64,000 nucleotides of DNA. Origin: a virus. Positions 1-9,211 of the stretch are shown piece after piece; within the stretch, counting starts at the first letter, position 1, and every line of letters starts with the position of its first letter. The stretch lies in IMG/VR virus record IMGVR_UViG_3300032516_000004, positions 113,942 to 177,941 of that record; one strand, written 5' to 3'. Made by a program: the position numbers and the translations under genes. The notes under the pieces are model-generated. The model saw only the letters and a list, made by a program, of their open reading frames with translations, was not told the DNA's origin and made no database searches.

Positions 1-936
1 GAAGATTCTGACATGACACAGGAGCGCGCTAAGCCAGAAGATAGCGCCACTGAGGCTGGTGAGTCGGCTGATCGTCAAGAGACTCAGGAAGTTAAGGGTC
101 TTGGTGATAATGTTCTTGTGGATCGTGAAGTTGATGTAGAGGATGAGAAACATACTCGTGAGCCTGGTAAGGATCAATGGGGTGGCTTCAATATTCTTGA
201 GATGCAGGATGCCGACACTAAAGAGAAGCGGGAAAAGAAAGATGTTGGCAAGGATACGGTCGTGAAGAACATTCAAACAGACCATAAAGAGAAGGTAGCT
301 GAAAAGACAGAATCTAAGAAATATGATAATCAAGTTCACGCTGCCCGCTTAGAGGGTATTTACAAGGCACGACTGGAACGGAAGATTGCTGATTTGACCA
401 AAGAGAAGGAAGATTTCAAAAATAATCTTGTGGCTCGAGTTACCCGTGCTATGAAGCTGGTTGCTCATCGTCAAGCGCTGAATCTTGAATATTCGCCGCT
501 TAAGTTGGCTATGGGTGTTGCGCTTTGTAATAAGCGTGCCCTGAATGATAAAGAGTTTTATAATCCCATGGATCAGGGGACCGCAGTTCAGTTGATTGAG
601 GCGGCGTTCAGTGAGCCTATTATTGAGGGTGTGGATAAGGCGGCTTGGGAACACCATATCGATTCATTGATTGAACGCGCCGCGTCTGTAATGCAGATGA
701 ACGATGAAGCGCTTATGCAGGTGGAGACTGATCTTAGAAATATTAAGACAGCCACTATTCCGTTTGATGAAGCGGTTGTTAATACGGATGGTGATTTTGA
801 GTTGAAGCAGGCTGCTAAGCAGGGTAATTTGCAGCTTGCACCGAAGCCAGTTGATGACGCGCCAGCTATTAACAACAAGCGTGAAGCGATTCGACGTGCA
901 GTTGGTACAACTAAAGTGGCTAGTTTAGCGAGGTAA
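1..936 (+). CDS. Head scaffolding/prohead-associated protein, 5'-truncated by the window edge
   Basis: Frame open from base 1; acidic, charged and coiled-coil-like; lies directly upstream of decoration-like and capsid genes. Function inferred from position. Confidence 0.5.
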   Translation, partial: EDSDMTQERAKPEDSATEAGESADRQETQEVKGLGDNVLVDREVDVEDEKHTREPGKDQWGGFNILEMQDADTKEKREKKDVGKDTVVKNIQTDHKEKVAEKTESKKYDNQVHAARLEGIYKARLERKIADLTKEKEDFKNNLVARVTRAMKLVAHRQALNLEYSPLKLAMGVALCNKRALNDKEFYNPMDQGTAVQLIEAAFSEPIIEGVDKAAWEHHIDSLIERAASVMQMNDEALMQVETDLRNIKTATIPFDEAVVNTDGDFELKQAAKQGNLQLAPKPVDDAPAINNKREAIRRAVGTTKVASLAR

Positions 937-1015
937 GATTGCCTTCCTAGGACAAATGCATTGTGCATGAATCTAGAGAAGGTGTTTTGGCAAACCAATT
1001 TAAAGGAGAAAAACA

Positions 1016-1813
1016 ATGGGTTCTACAGGTTTGGCCAGTCCTAGGTTAGGCGCATTTCAGAATGCCGTCTTCCCGCGAGGACTAGATTTGGGTCGGTGTG
1101 TGATTCTTCAGGATCTTGGTGTCTTCCGCGCAGCATCAGCCGCCAGTTTCGAAGCTGGTATGTTGGTACGGCAAGACGCTACCGGTAACATTGAAAAATG
1201 TGCTGGTAAGTCAGTTCTCGGTGTGGCAAAGTGGAACAAATCTGTCGTTTTCACGGCAGCGTCGGTGGATGAGCCGATTTCGTTCCCAACCGCAACGGCA
1301 GCTGTGGCCTTGAAGCATCCAAATGTTAGCAACTTCCAATTGCGTAGTGCTGTGAGTCTTGGTGGTGTTAAGTACGTGCTCACAAACGATTACACCATTA
1401 ATACGACCAATGGTATTGTTACCCGAGTGAATCCGGGTACAACACCAATTCCGCTCAGCACAACGGTATATACAACATATACCTATGAGTTGGCTTCGGC
1501 GGATCTGGACTTCCAGGGTCGTAACTTCTGGAATTTCACGGACGATGTTACCATTCAGGATAACAGAATTACGGTTATCACCGATGCATCAGCTCTGTTT
1601 ACCTCAATGTATGACACATCTCGTGATGATTACGCGCTTACGGGTGCAGGGAAGAACCTGTACTGTGGTGGTGGCGTTACGGCAGCTCTGGCTGGTTTGT
1701 TCACGACAGACAGTGCTGAAGGTGAGTTCGTTGGACACGTTATCCAACCTCCGACAGCCGATGACCCGTTCCTCGGCGTTCGGTTGGGTGGCGATCCAGT
1801 GAAGTATGCATAA
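1016..1813 (+). CDS. Putative head decoration/capsid-stabilising protein
   Basis: 265 aa, Gly/Thr/Ala-rich and beta-rich; RBS AAGGAG; sits between the scaffold-like gene and the MCP. Confidence 0.55.
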   Translation: MGSTGLASPRLGAFQNAVFPRGLDLGRCVILQDLGVFRAASAASFEAGMLVRQDATGNIEKCAGKSVLGVAKWNKSVVFTAASVDEPISFPTATAAVALKHPNVSNFQLRSAVSLGGVKYVLTNDYTINTTNGIVTRVNPGTTPIPLSTTVYTTYTYELASADLDFQGRNFWNFTDDVTIQDNRITVITDASALFTSMYDTSRDDYALTGAGKNLYCGGGVTAALAGLFTTDSAEGEFVGHVIQPPTADDPFLGVRLGGDPVKYA

Positions 1814-1827
1814 TTAACCCGGTGAAT

Positions 1828-1852
1828 GGGGTGGGACATTTTGTCCCACCCC
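1828..1852 (+). terminator. Perfect 11-bp GC-rich hairpin between decoration and capsid genes (terminator, attenuator or mRNA stabiliser)
   Basis: GGGGTGGGACA-TTT-TGTCCCACCCC followed by TTCT. Confidence 0.6.
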
Positions 1853-1893
1853 TTCTCCCACAAGGAAAGTTTATTAACTAGGAGGATTGGAAA

Positions 1894-3156
1894 ATGAGTG
1901 CAGTTATTAATCCGTACAAGCGTCTTGCTGCAGCCGGGGCGGCAAAGCCTACCAGCGAGCAACGTAAAATGGTTGCAAGTTCTGCCACGCCGAAGGCTGT
2001 TGAGCAACATAGGACAAAGGCGGCAGAAAACACTCATCTGGCTTCTCGTGAAGATGAGAAGGTATGGGATGAGAGTGGAACATTTAACCCCACCGCGTAT
2101 GCCGGTGAGACGACCCGCGATGGTATTCGTCAAGCGGTTGGCAACACCAAGCTGTCAGAGCGTATGTTCGACAAGCGTGGTGAAGTTAACGCGTATGATG
2201 ACAAGGACGCCCTGCAACAGATTGCCTACTTGCTCCAAAGTGTAACCAAGAAGGCATCTCCTGGCACCTTCTATCGTGAAGCGTCTACTGATATGCCAGC
2301 TGAGGAGCGCCGCAAGGTTCTCGCAGCCGCCATGCAGGATCCCTCGGGTGAGGGTTTCGCGATTGTTGGTCAGGAGTTGTTGCTCCCGATCAAGGACATC
2401 ATCGATTACGAAGGTTGGGCTCGGAAGATCTATCGGGTTCGGCCACTCGCTCAGGGTGAGTTGTTCCGTATCGCGAAGGATGTTCGTGCAACGGCTTGGG
2501 TTGTGGGACAAGATGGTCAGTCGATTGAGAGCCGTTTGTTCGGTCGTTTCATTCAGCCGTCAGAGTTCAAAGTTACGGCATTCCCGACCGTCGACATCGA
2601 AGACATCTATCAGATGAACTATGATGTTTTGGATCGCGCTCAGGATACCGCTCGTCAAGAGATCGAGTTGGAAGAGGACAAGCGAGGCTTGGCTCTTCTA
2701 GATCGAGCTGCTTTGACCGTGAATTCGGTTACGATTTTCGCGACTCTTGGAATTTCGGCGTTTGAAGACGTTCGATACCAGGTTGAGCGGCATCGTCTGA
2801 TGGTTGAGAAGTTCTTGATCAACCGTGCCGAGCTTTCTGATATCGTGAAGACCATGAGTACTCAGGTGGATCCGGTGACCGAGCGCGAGTTGATCCTCGC
2901 CGGTTATATTGGTAACATCTTGAATGCTCAGATCATCACGGCCGCTGGTACTGGAGTTGAGGAAGTGGTACCGAGAGGGACATTCTACGCAGCCACCGGT
3001 AGTGAGTATCTTGGCGAGATGGGTGTAAGGGTGGAACTGTTTTCTGAGCCCTTCAACATGTTTTCGCACCGTCGATTAACGAAGGGTTGGGCGTTTGGCG
3101 AGATCGTTGGGTTCGGTATTCCGAACCCACGTAGTGTCAGCAAGGGACACAAATAA
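1894..3156 (+). CDS. Major capsid protein (HK97-fold) with long N-terminal extension
   Basis: 420 aa; strong RBS AGGAGG; segment ELLLPIKDIIDYEGWARK...DVLDRAQDTARQEIELEEDKR resembles HK97/encapsulin-like capsids; last gene of the head operon. Confidence 0.8.
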   Translation: MSAVINPYKRLAAAGAAKPTSEQRKMVASSATPKAVEQHRTKAAENTHLASREDEKVWDESGTFNPTAYAGETTRDGIRQAVGNTKLSERMFDKRGEVNAYDDKDALQQIAYLLQSVTKKASPGTFYREASTDMPAEERRKVLAAAMQDPSGEGFAIVGQELLLPIKDIIDYEGWARKIYRVRPLAQGELFRIAKDVRATAWVVGQDGQSIESRLFGRFIQPSEFKVTAFPTVDIEDIYQMNYDVLDRAQDTARQEIELEEDKRGLALLDRAALTVNSVTIFATLGISAFEDVRYQVERHRLMVEKFLINRAELSDIVKTMSTQVDPVTERELILAGYIGNILNAQIITAAGTGVEEVVPRGTFYAATGSEYLGEMGVRVELFSEPFNMFSHRRLTKGWAFGEIVGFGIPNPRSVSKGHK

Positions 3157-3184
3157 CGCAACGCGTTATGATTAAGTGATGATT

Positions 3185-3207
3185 TGTGGGGCGCTCGTCG
3201 CCCCACA
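3185..3207 (+). terminator. Stem-loop terminator after the MCP gene
   Basis: TGTGGGGCG-CTCGT-CGCCCCACA about 30 nt after the stop, followed by AT-rich sequence. Confidence 0.6.
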
Positions 3208-3258
3208 TTCATATTAAATCTTACATAATTGGTATATTTTATGCAACTATAGAATAAT

Positions 3259-4680
3259 GTGGCTCAGCGCATTGATATATCTGAAGATGCTTTAATACAA
3301 GATTGTGAAAACGGTCTTTTACAATCTGAAATGGCCCGAAAGTATAATGTGAGCAAAACCACTATTAGTCAAAAGATTAAATTATATGGTATAAAATATA
3401 CACCACGTTCTCAAAATCCAAGATATAGTGCTTTAATGTCTCAAGCATCTAATAAAATGTGGGACAATCAGGAATTACGACAACAGACTGGCAATCGAGC
3501 TAAGCAGCGCTGGGCCACAGAGCAATATCGTGAGAAGATTCAAGAAACTTACCAGAAGACAGATTACGCGAAGCGTCAGGGTGAAATATCAAAGTTGGCG
3601 TGGCAGGATGATAAATATAGAAATCACTTAGTGTTATTATTTACATCTAATGAATTTAGAAATAAACAGCGTCAAAAATCTAATGATTGGTGGAATGATC
3701 CAAATAGAAGGCAGCAAGCTAGTAAAAGGACAAAACAAAATTGGACTAATGAAGAATTTCAACATAAGGTAGCAGTTGGTCAGAGTAAAGTTCCAAGAAC
3801 AATGACCACCCCACATAGGCAGGTATGTAATTTACTTGATGCTATGGGCATAGAATATCAAACAGAGGTTCCAATAGCTAAGTATAGATTTGATATTTTG
3901 ATACCTTCTCATAAGCTTTTTATTGAAACACAAGGTGATTATTGGCATGGTGAAAAGAAAAATGTAATCTGGCGAGATAGGGCTAAAGGATCATACATAG
4001 CCAACAATTTTCCGCAGTATAGGTATAAAGAATTATGGGAACATGAATGTGAGACCGAAGATTATGTTAGACATAAGCTAGAATATTGGCTTGGTGCTAA
4101 AATAAATCTTAAAGATTACAATTTTGACGATATACAAATTAAAACTGTAGATCGTGATGTGGCTAGTAAGTTTATTCGTGATTGGCACTATTTACATAAA
4201 GGCAGATTTGGTCTAGATATAGGTGGCTTTATAAGTGATCAGCTGGTTGTGTTGACTCGTTTTACGTCTGTTACTCGTCTCGAAATGGCTACAACAATAG
4301 GCTACCATCATAAAGAGGTATTGGAATTATCTAGATTATGTATCCATCCAGCATATCAGAAGAAGAATCTGGGTTCTTGGTTTTTGTCACGAGTTGAGGG
4401 TGTCATTAGACATTTAAGACCAGACATTAAGTGTTTGGTATCGTTTGCTGATATGACATATGGACATACGGGGGCAGTTTATAAGGCATCAAATTGGCAG
4501 TTAATATCAGAAACTAAACCAGATTATTGGTATGTGAAAGAGGATGGTTGGGTAATGCATAAGAAAACATTATGGAATAAGGCTAAGGATGTTGGATTAA
4601 CTGAAAACGATTTTGCTGCTAGATTTGGATATGTTAAAGTGTGGGGTAAAGAAAAATTTAAGTTTATTAAGAAACTGTAG
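3259..4680 (+). CDS. HTH + helical repeats + DUF559/Vsr-like endonuclease + Mom-like GNAT DNA-modification domain fusion (copy 1)
   Basis: HTH (EMARKYNVSKTTI); repeated W..x.YR units; RFDILIP...FIETQGDYWH nuclease motif; C-terminal ELSRLC...LVSFADMTYGHTGAVYKASNW typical of the Mom family. Confidence 0.75.
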   Translation: MAQRIDISEDALIQDCENGLLQSEMARKYNVSKTTISQKIKLYGIKYTPRSQNPRYSALMSQASNKMWDNQELRQQTGNRAKQRWATEQYREKIQETYQKTDYAKRQGEISKLAWQDDKYRNHLVLLFTSNEFRNKQRQKSNDWWNDPNRRQQASKRTKQNWTNEEFQHKVAVGQSKVPRTMTTPHRQVCNLLDAMGIEYQTEVPIAKYRFDILIPSHKLFIETQGDYWHGEKKNVIWRDRAKGSYIANNFPQYRYKELWEHECETEDYVRHKLEYWLGAKINLKDYNFDDIQIKTVDRDVASKFIRDWHYLHKGRFGLDIGGFISDQLVVLTRFTSVTRLEMATTIGYHHKEVLELSRLCIHPAYQKKNLGSWFLSRVEGVIRHLRPDIKCLVSFADMTYGHTGAVYKASNWQLISETKPDYWYVKEDGWVMHKKTLWNKAKDVGLTENDFAARFGYVKVWGKEKFKFIKKL

Positions 4681-4717
4681 AGGCTGACGAGGTAGAGCCT
4701 ACACCCATTAAGTCTGT

Positions 4718-4933
4718 TTACTGATGTTCTACAAGCACGACACGTATATCACTAGGTAGATTACTTGCAGAAGTTAGGTATAGCTTTGCTTTACAGTCTG
4801 GACAATGTACAATTACACCAGCGCTGTGTGACTGGCTTGCTCCCAAAGCACACTCTAAATTTAGTATTCTTTGGTTCTGCTGCCTCAAATCTTTGAGCAT
4901 CAATTCAATCGTGGCTGTTGGGTCAAGGGTCAT
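4718..4933 (-). CDS. Small hypothetical protein with CxxC
   Basis: 71-aa ORF with AAGGA RBS and HCPDC. Confidence 0.5.
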   Translation of the reverse strand: MTLDPTATIELMLKDLRQQNQRILNLECALGASQSHSAGVIVHCPDCKAKLYLTSASNLPSDIRVVLVEHQ

Positions 4934-5035
4934 TTGTTATCCTTTTGTTTTCTCAGACACCCATCCTCTGGGGTTAATGCTGTAGTTTTAGTATCGGGAC
5001 ACCCATAGTATCCACAGTATTGATTCATTGAGTAA

Positions 5036-5185
5036 TCAGTCAGAATGTTGGTTTTCATGGGCTACTTTCAAACATAAATCCAGATGATCGTCATCAACGC
5101 TGCCGTCGTCTAATGTAATGTGAAGACAACACCCCGCACAGTGTCGATCATAAATTTGATCAACTAATTGTTTGATTTCACTCAT
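5036..5185 (-). CDS. Small hypothetical protein (49 aa, HCAGCCLH motif)
   Basis: Read manually: MSEIKQLVDQIYDRHCAGCCLHITLDDG...; the ATG overlaps the upstream stop (TAATG). Confidence 0.45.
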   Translation of the reverse strand: MSEIKQLVDQIYDRHCAGCCLHITLDDGSVDDDHLDLCLKVAHENQHSD

Positions 5186-5612
5186 TAGTATGTCCCTTTA
5201 AGGAAGGTGACGGGATAGAGCATATGTTCATCAGGTCTGTTCATTGGGGGTTTCATTTGTACTAGCGCAGCCATTGCGCTAACTTTATGTAAACAATTAC
5301 CGTGAAAGTTAGGTGAATCACTATGGACCGGCTTAATTCTCCAGGAAAGTTAGGTGAATCACTATGGACCGGCTTAATTCTCCAGTAGATGTCTGTTATA
5401 CCATGTGATTCAGCGAGTTTTACAATTTGTTGATACAGGGTCTCAATATCAACATTGTTATCGCCAAAGTATATATTTTCTGGATATCTAGTCTGAACCA
5501 TCAAGTATTTATCATCAATGCGTTGTATGCTCGCAATACCTTCAACCATTTTTAATATTTCACCCTGTTCTAGAGTGTGTTCACGTAGATGGTAGCTTTC
5601 AGTCGTTGTCAT
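5185..5612 (-). pseudogene. Hypothetical 128-aa gene frameshifted by a 41-bp tandem duplication
   Basis: Removing one copy of the duplication gives a 387-nt ORF whose stop overlaps the next ATG. Confidence 0.6.
5304..5385. repeat. Perfect 41-bp tandem direct repeat (2 copies)
   Basis: GAAAGTTAGGTGAATCACTATGGACCGGCTTAATTCTCCAG at 5304-5344 and 5345-5385. Confidence 0.95.
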
Positions 5613-5877
5613 CTTTTGGTTCCTCGGTAATAGCACGCTCTTGAACCACGAATTGTCTTTGATGGTTAAACATGCCATTAGCATCGAAGACAGGAGCAAT
5701 TGCGGTATAGGCAGCAATTCGCATTCCACGTGGGACTTCGAACACCATCAGCTCTCTCGTGTGTTGATCTAGCATATTATCAATAGTTCGCCACCGATAA
5801 GTGGCGTCGAAACTTGACCAGTTATTGACACCGAACTTTGCCAATCGCTCTCCCACGATATCCATAATAGTTTTCAT
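5599..5877 (-). CDS. Hypothetical protein
   Basis: 92-aa ORF coupled to its neighbours. Confidence 0.55.
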   Translation of the reverse strand: MKTIMDIVGERLAKFGVNNWSSFDATYRWRTIDNMLDQHTRELMVFEVPRGMRIAAYTAIAPVFDANGMFNHQRQFVVQERAITEEPKDDND

Positions 5878-6110
5878 GGTTGTTCTGCAATCGCCCCGAT
5901 TTCGTGGATGGTTTTAATTAGACTATTAATCAAATCTTTATGTTGATCGTCGTACATTAAGTCAAGGGAGACAGTTAGCCGTACCTCGGGTGAGCAGTCC
6001 ATAGCAATTGGACGTCCCCAATTCTCGGTTGTCATTTCATGGGGCTCCGCGTATCGGGGCTTTACGTCTCGTGATTGGGATAGCTTAAATGGTGTTACAC
6101 AATGAATCAT
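5874..6110 (-). CDS. Hypothetical protein
   Basis: Start moved to ATG 6110, behind an AAGGAG RBS. Confidence 0.5.
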   Translation of the reverse strand: MIHCVTPFKLSQSRDVKPRYAEPHEMTTENWGRPIAMDCSPEVRLTVSLDLMYDDQHKDLINSLIKTIHEIGAIAEQP

Positions 6111-6120
6111 TGGATTCTCC

Positions 6121-6570
6121 TTAGATTTTTTGGTCCCAGTACATACGACCTTCAATAATTTCTTGTCTTACACGCATTAGTATCTTACCCAGATGATTTT
6201 GTCCTTTGCCGCCACATACACCCCAGAACTTATCACCCCAGGTATTACCTTCGATCAATTCTACATTACCGGTTCCTAATAGATCTAGGGTCAACGATGG
6301 GCTGTTAGCAAACTTATTACGAACCAAATATTCCATGAGCGGTATTTTGATTTTGCTGAAGTCAGCACGCATGGTGACCTGTCTACCTAGAATCCTCGCA
6401 TCTCCTGGTGAATAAGTGTTTCGTATCGCCTCACTGGCCTGTGGATTAAACGTTTTGGTTGCTTGATATGCATGTTCTACAGATTTATATTCAATACCAT
6501 TTAAGTATACCGGTGATTCATAAAAATTAGACAGGAATCGATAAATACCTGTGAACCTATTAATTGCCAT
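6121..6570 (-). CDS. NADAR (YbiA-like) family protein
   Basis: FLSNFY...SVEHAYQA.K, LIEGNTWGDKFWG and GQNHLGKILMRVR are NADAR signatures. Confidence 0.85.
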   Translation of the reverse strand: MAINRFTGIYRFLSNFYESPVYLNGIEYKSVEHAYQATKTFNPQASEAIRNTYSPGDARILGRQVTMRADFSKIKIPLMEYLVRNKFANSPSLTLDLLGTGNVELIEGNTWGDKFWGVCGGKGQNHLGKILMRVRQEIIEGRMYWDQKI

Positions 6571-6614
6571 GTAGCGATATATAAATTTGATGTTCTATTA
6601 ATTTATAGTTAGAC

Positions 6615-7187
6615 ATGGCGATTTGGTTTACATCGGACACACATTTCAAACACGCTAACATCCTTAAGTATTGTGGTCGTCCATTTGACAATATTGGGAC
6701 TCATGATCAGACGCTAATTAAACGTTGGAATAATAAAGTTCAGCCAGATGATGTGGTATATCATTTGGGTGATTTTGCGTTTGGTAGATCAGAAGATTGG
6801 ATGACGATTATTAGACAATTAAATGGTTGTATTAATCTGATCAAGGGCAACCATGATCATAGTGATAAATTGAAGAAACTCAAGGAATTACCAGGCAAGA
6901 ATCTCAATTTCTTGGGTCACTATCACGAGGTAAAGGTTGACGATGAAGAAATGGATGTTACTCAGGTAATTGTGCTATTTCATTACCCGATTGAGTCATG
7001 GAATAAGCGACATCATGGGTCTTGGCACCTACACGGCCATACGCACAATAATCTTATGTCACCAGAGTATCAGGCTAGGCTGGATGTTAGCGTTGACAGT
7101 CACGATTATTCGCCGATTTCTTATGATGACGTGAAAACACTGATGACCCGAAAGGTATTCAAGGTAATCGATCACCACGGGTCATAG
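6615..7187 (+). CDS. Calcineurin-like metallophosphoesterase
   Basis: DTH, LGDF, GNHD and HGH motifs. Confidence 0.9.
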   Translation: MAIWFTSDTHFKHANILKYCGRPFDNIGTHDQTLIKRWNNKVQPDDVVYHLGDFAFGRSEDWMTIIRQLNGCINLIKGNHDHSDKLKKLKELPGKNLNFLGHYHEVKVDDEEMDVTQVIVLFHYPIESWNKRHHGSWHLHGHTHNNLMSPEYQARLDVSVDSHDYSPISYDDVKTLMTRKVFKVIDHHGS

Positions 7188-7412
7188 TGTATATTTACCA
7201 GTTTCCTGATATTGTTTTCTTAATTCTCGAATATCTTGTTCATTTAGGTAATGAATAAAAGTTTGCCATGGTTTTGGCTCTTGTCCAAATTCCCATATGA
7301 GGTTATATTTATTTCGTATGGCAAATCTTATTAACATGTGTTGTTTGTGGTTGGATAAGACCAACACTTCAAATGTGTCGTCGTCCATAGTTATTAAGGC
7401 ATTTAGGTCCAT
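7182..7412 (-). CDS. Hypothetical protein
   Basis: 76-aa ORF in the minus-strand run. Confidence 0.5.
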   Translation of the reverse strand: MDLNALITMDDDTFEVLVLSNHKQHMLIRFAIRNKYNLIWEFGQEPKPWQTFIHYLNEQDIRELRKQYQETGKYTL

Positions 7413-7413
7413 G

Positions 7414-8019
7414 TTATTTCTTAACCGAGTTCATATAGAACCATCGATTCGGCGCATAGATGACCCATTGTTCACCGTCCCATCGTTTGAACACGTCATC
7501 GCCGGGATTGTAGTAACAATCACCAGTTGTGGGTGATTCTGGGCATTTGTCTTCCGCTTGTAACAGCATGCCGCTTCGGTCCACAGAGTTTTCTCGATGG
7601 ATCTTGATTGTTTCCCGATCGCTATTGATTAGTGCTAGAATTAATACAGAAACATGTGGGTCTTCACACGGTTTCCACATATTGTTACCTAACATGTCTT
7701 TACTTAGAAATTCACATTTAAGTTCGTAGTTCGAGGTATCATACGACTTTGGTACCCAGGCGGCTCGCCAAGTGTTTTCTTGATTTGTCCATTCCACATA
7801 TTGGGGTTTCTTATCACATCTACACCCAACATCTTTACAAGTAAGTTCTTTAGCCATTGATAGCTCCTCACAGCATTTTTGACAATCTCGATTGTCGTTT
7901 GCAATTAAATATAGGTTAATCGGCGATCCACCATTAAAGAAATGATTATTAATAGTATGGTCCAAATCTGGTAAAATGTCTTTCCAGTTTTGGAGTGACA
8001 CAACAGTTACTTTATTCAT
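7414..8019 (-). CDS. Hypothetical Cys-rich protein
   Basis: Start moved to ATG 8019 (overlaps the HNH stop); about 201 aa. Confidence 0.55.
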   Translation of the reverse strand: MNKVTVVSLQNWKDILPDLDHTINNHFFNGGSPINLYLIANDNRDCQKCCEELSMAKELTCKDVGCRCDKKPQYVEWTNQENTWRAAWVPKSYDTSNYELKCEFLSKDMLGNNMWKPCEDPHVSVLILALINSDRETIKIHRENSVDRSGMLLQAEDKCPESPTTGDCYYNPGDDVFKRWDGEQWVIYAPNRWFYMNSVKK

Positions 8020-8560
8020 TTTTGGTACTCTTGGCCCTTTTGGCTGCAAGCTTGGCAGTTTCTTGTTTGTGGCACTGGCAACATAGGGTTCTATAATTGT
8101 CGAGCCCACATTCGCCACCACCTTCAATGACCGGTATAATATGGTCAGCATCCCAAATTCCATACCAGGGTCTGGATCGATACCGATGAACCGGTATTTT
8201 GAGTTCTTGGAGCTTTGTCATTAGCTTAACGTTTTTGAGAATATTGTTTTCATATTCCCAGGTGTATTGATTCTTTGGGCCGTTTTTATCTTCAAGCTTT
8301 TCTAGTTTTTTGACCAGGGCTTTGCAATCTATACCACATATGGTACAAACACCGTGGTCTCGAGCATATAACTTGGTTCTTACATATGTAGGATTTGTTT
8401 TGATTTTCCAACGATCTACACATTGATCGCCACAAAATGATCGGCGACCCACTGGTACTTCAGCGTTACATTGCCGACATAAGGCTCTATCATTGGGTCC
8501 ACGAGGTAAAGCCTTGGGATTAACCCAGCCCCGCTGTCCGCTAACTCGCTGAGTGCTCAT
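8012..8560 (-). CDS. HNH endonuclease
   Basis: CTIC ... DADHIIPVIEGGG ... NYRTLCCQCH. Confidence 0.85.
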   Translation of the reverse strand: MSTQRVSGQRGWVNPKALPRGPNDRALCRQCNAEVPVGRRSFCGDQCVDRWKIKTNPTYVRTKLYARDHGVCTICGIDCKALVKKLEKLEDKNGPKNQYTWEYENNILKNVKLMTKLQELKIPVHRYRSRPWYGIWDADHIIPVIEGGGECGLDNYRTLCCQCHKQETAKLAAKRAKSTKNE

Positions 8561-8829
8561 TAGATACCATATCTAAATTTTTCATTGTGGAATTTTACTT
8601 GGCACTCTCTGTCGTCTCTTTTAATTACCACACCAAATGATTCTGAGTGCCCCATCATCGACACACTATCGCCCACCTTATAGTAATGAGAGGGATCAGG
8701 TATTGAAATTACTTCGGGATACATGTCATTTAAATATTCTTCTACTTCTTTCATCCATGGTTCTATAATCTCGGTTCTTTCAAAATTCTTCATGGCCTGG
8801 TACAATAACACGTCAGCGTTTGATCTCAT
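8560..8829 (-). CDS. Hypothetical protein
   Basis: 89-aa ORF with stop/start overlap. Confidence 0.5.
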   Translation of the reverse strand: MRSNADVLLYQAMKNFERTEIIEPWMKEVEEYLNDMYPEVISIPDPSHYYKVGDSVSMMGHSESFGVVIKRDDRECQVKFHNEKFRYGI

Positions 8830-8839
8830 ATATATTCAC

Positions 8840-9211
8840 CTACTTCCACAATTTAATATCTTCCCATTGTTGTATGGTTAAGTAGTGGACTTCAGGCGCT
8901 AATCGTCCAAATTCAAGTAGAACCCTATACACTCTTACAAACTCTGTTAGTGGTTCACCGAGGAGTTGAACATTGCCACCTTGTAAAGCATCAAAACCTT
9001 TGGGAGAATTGATAAATTTATGAAATACTTCTATATCTTCTCGTCGTTTTTCTTTGGCTAACTCTTCAATAATCTGTGTGTTAGACCAATCCCGAAGACA
9101 ACGCATGGATTTTAAATCTTCAAACGATTCTTTAATACGTCCACCAACTTCAATCCCACGTGGTGTGATTGAATATTCGGTAAACTCTGCGTTTTTGATT
9201 ATTCGAGTCAT
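8840..9211 (-). CDS. Hypothetical protein
   Basis: Start moved to the ATGA overlap at 9211. Confidence 0.5.
   Translation of the reverse strand: MTRIIKNAEFTEYSITPRGIEVGGRIKESFEDLKSMRCLRDWSNTQIIEELAKEKRREDIEVFHKFINSPKGFDALQGGNVQLLGEPLTEFVRVYRVLLEFGRLAPEVHYLTIQQWEDIKLWK

Noticed and set aside
5036-5040. TGA ending a 49-aa ORF as a sign of stop-codon reassignment
   Set aside because: All long conserved genes are intact under the standard code and use TAA, TAG and TGA as stops.
5304-5385. 41-bp repeat as a CRISPR or TIGR array
   Set aside because: Only two adjacent copies, no spacer, and it lies inside a coding region.
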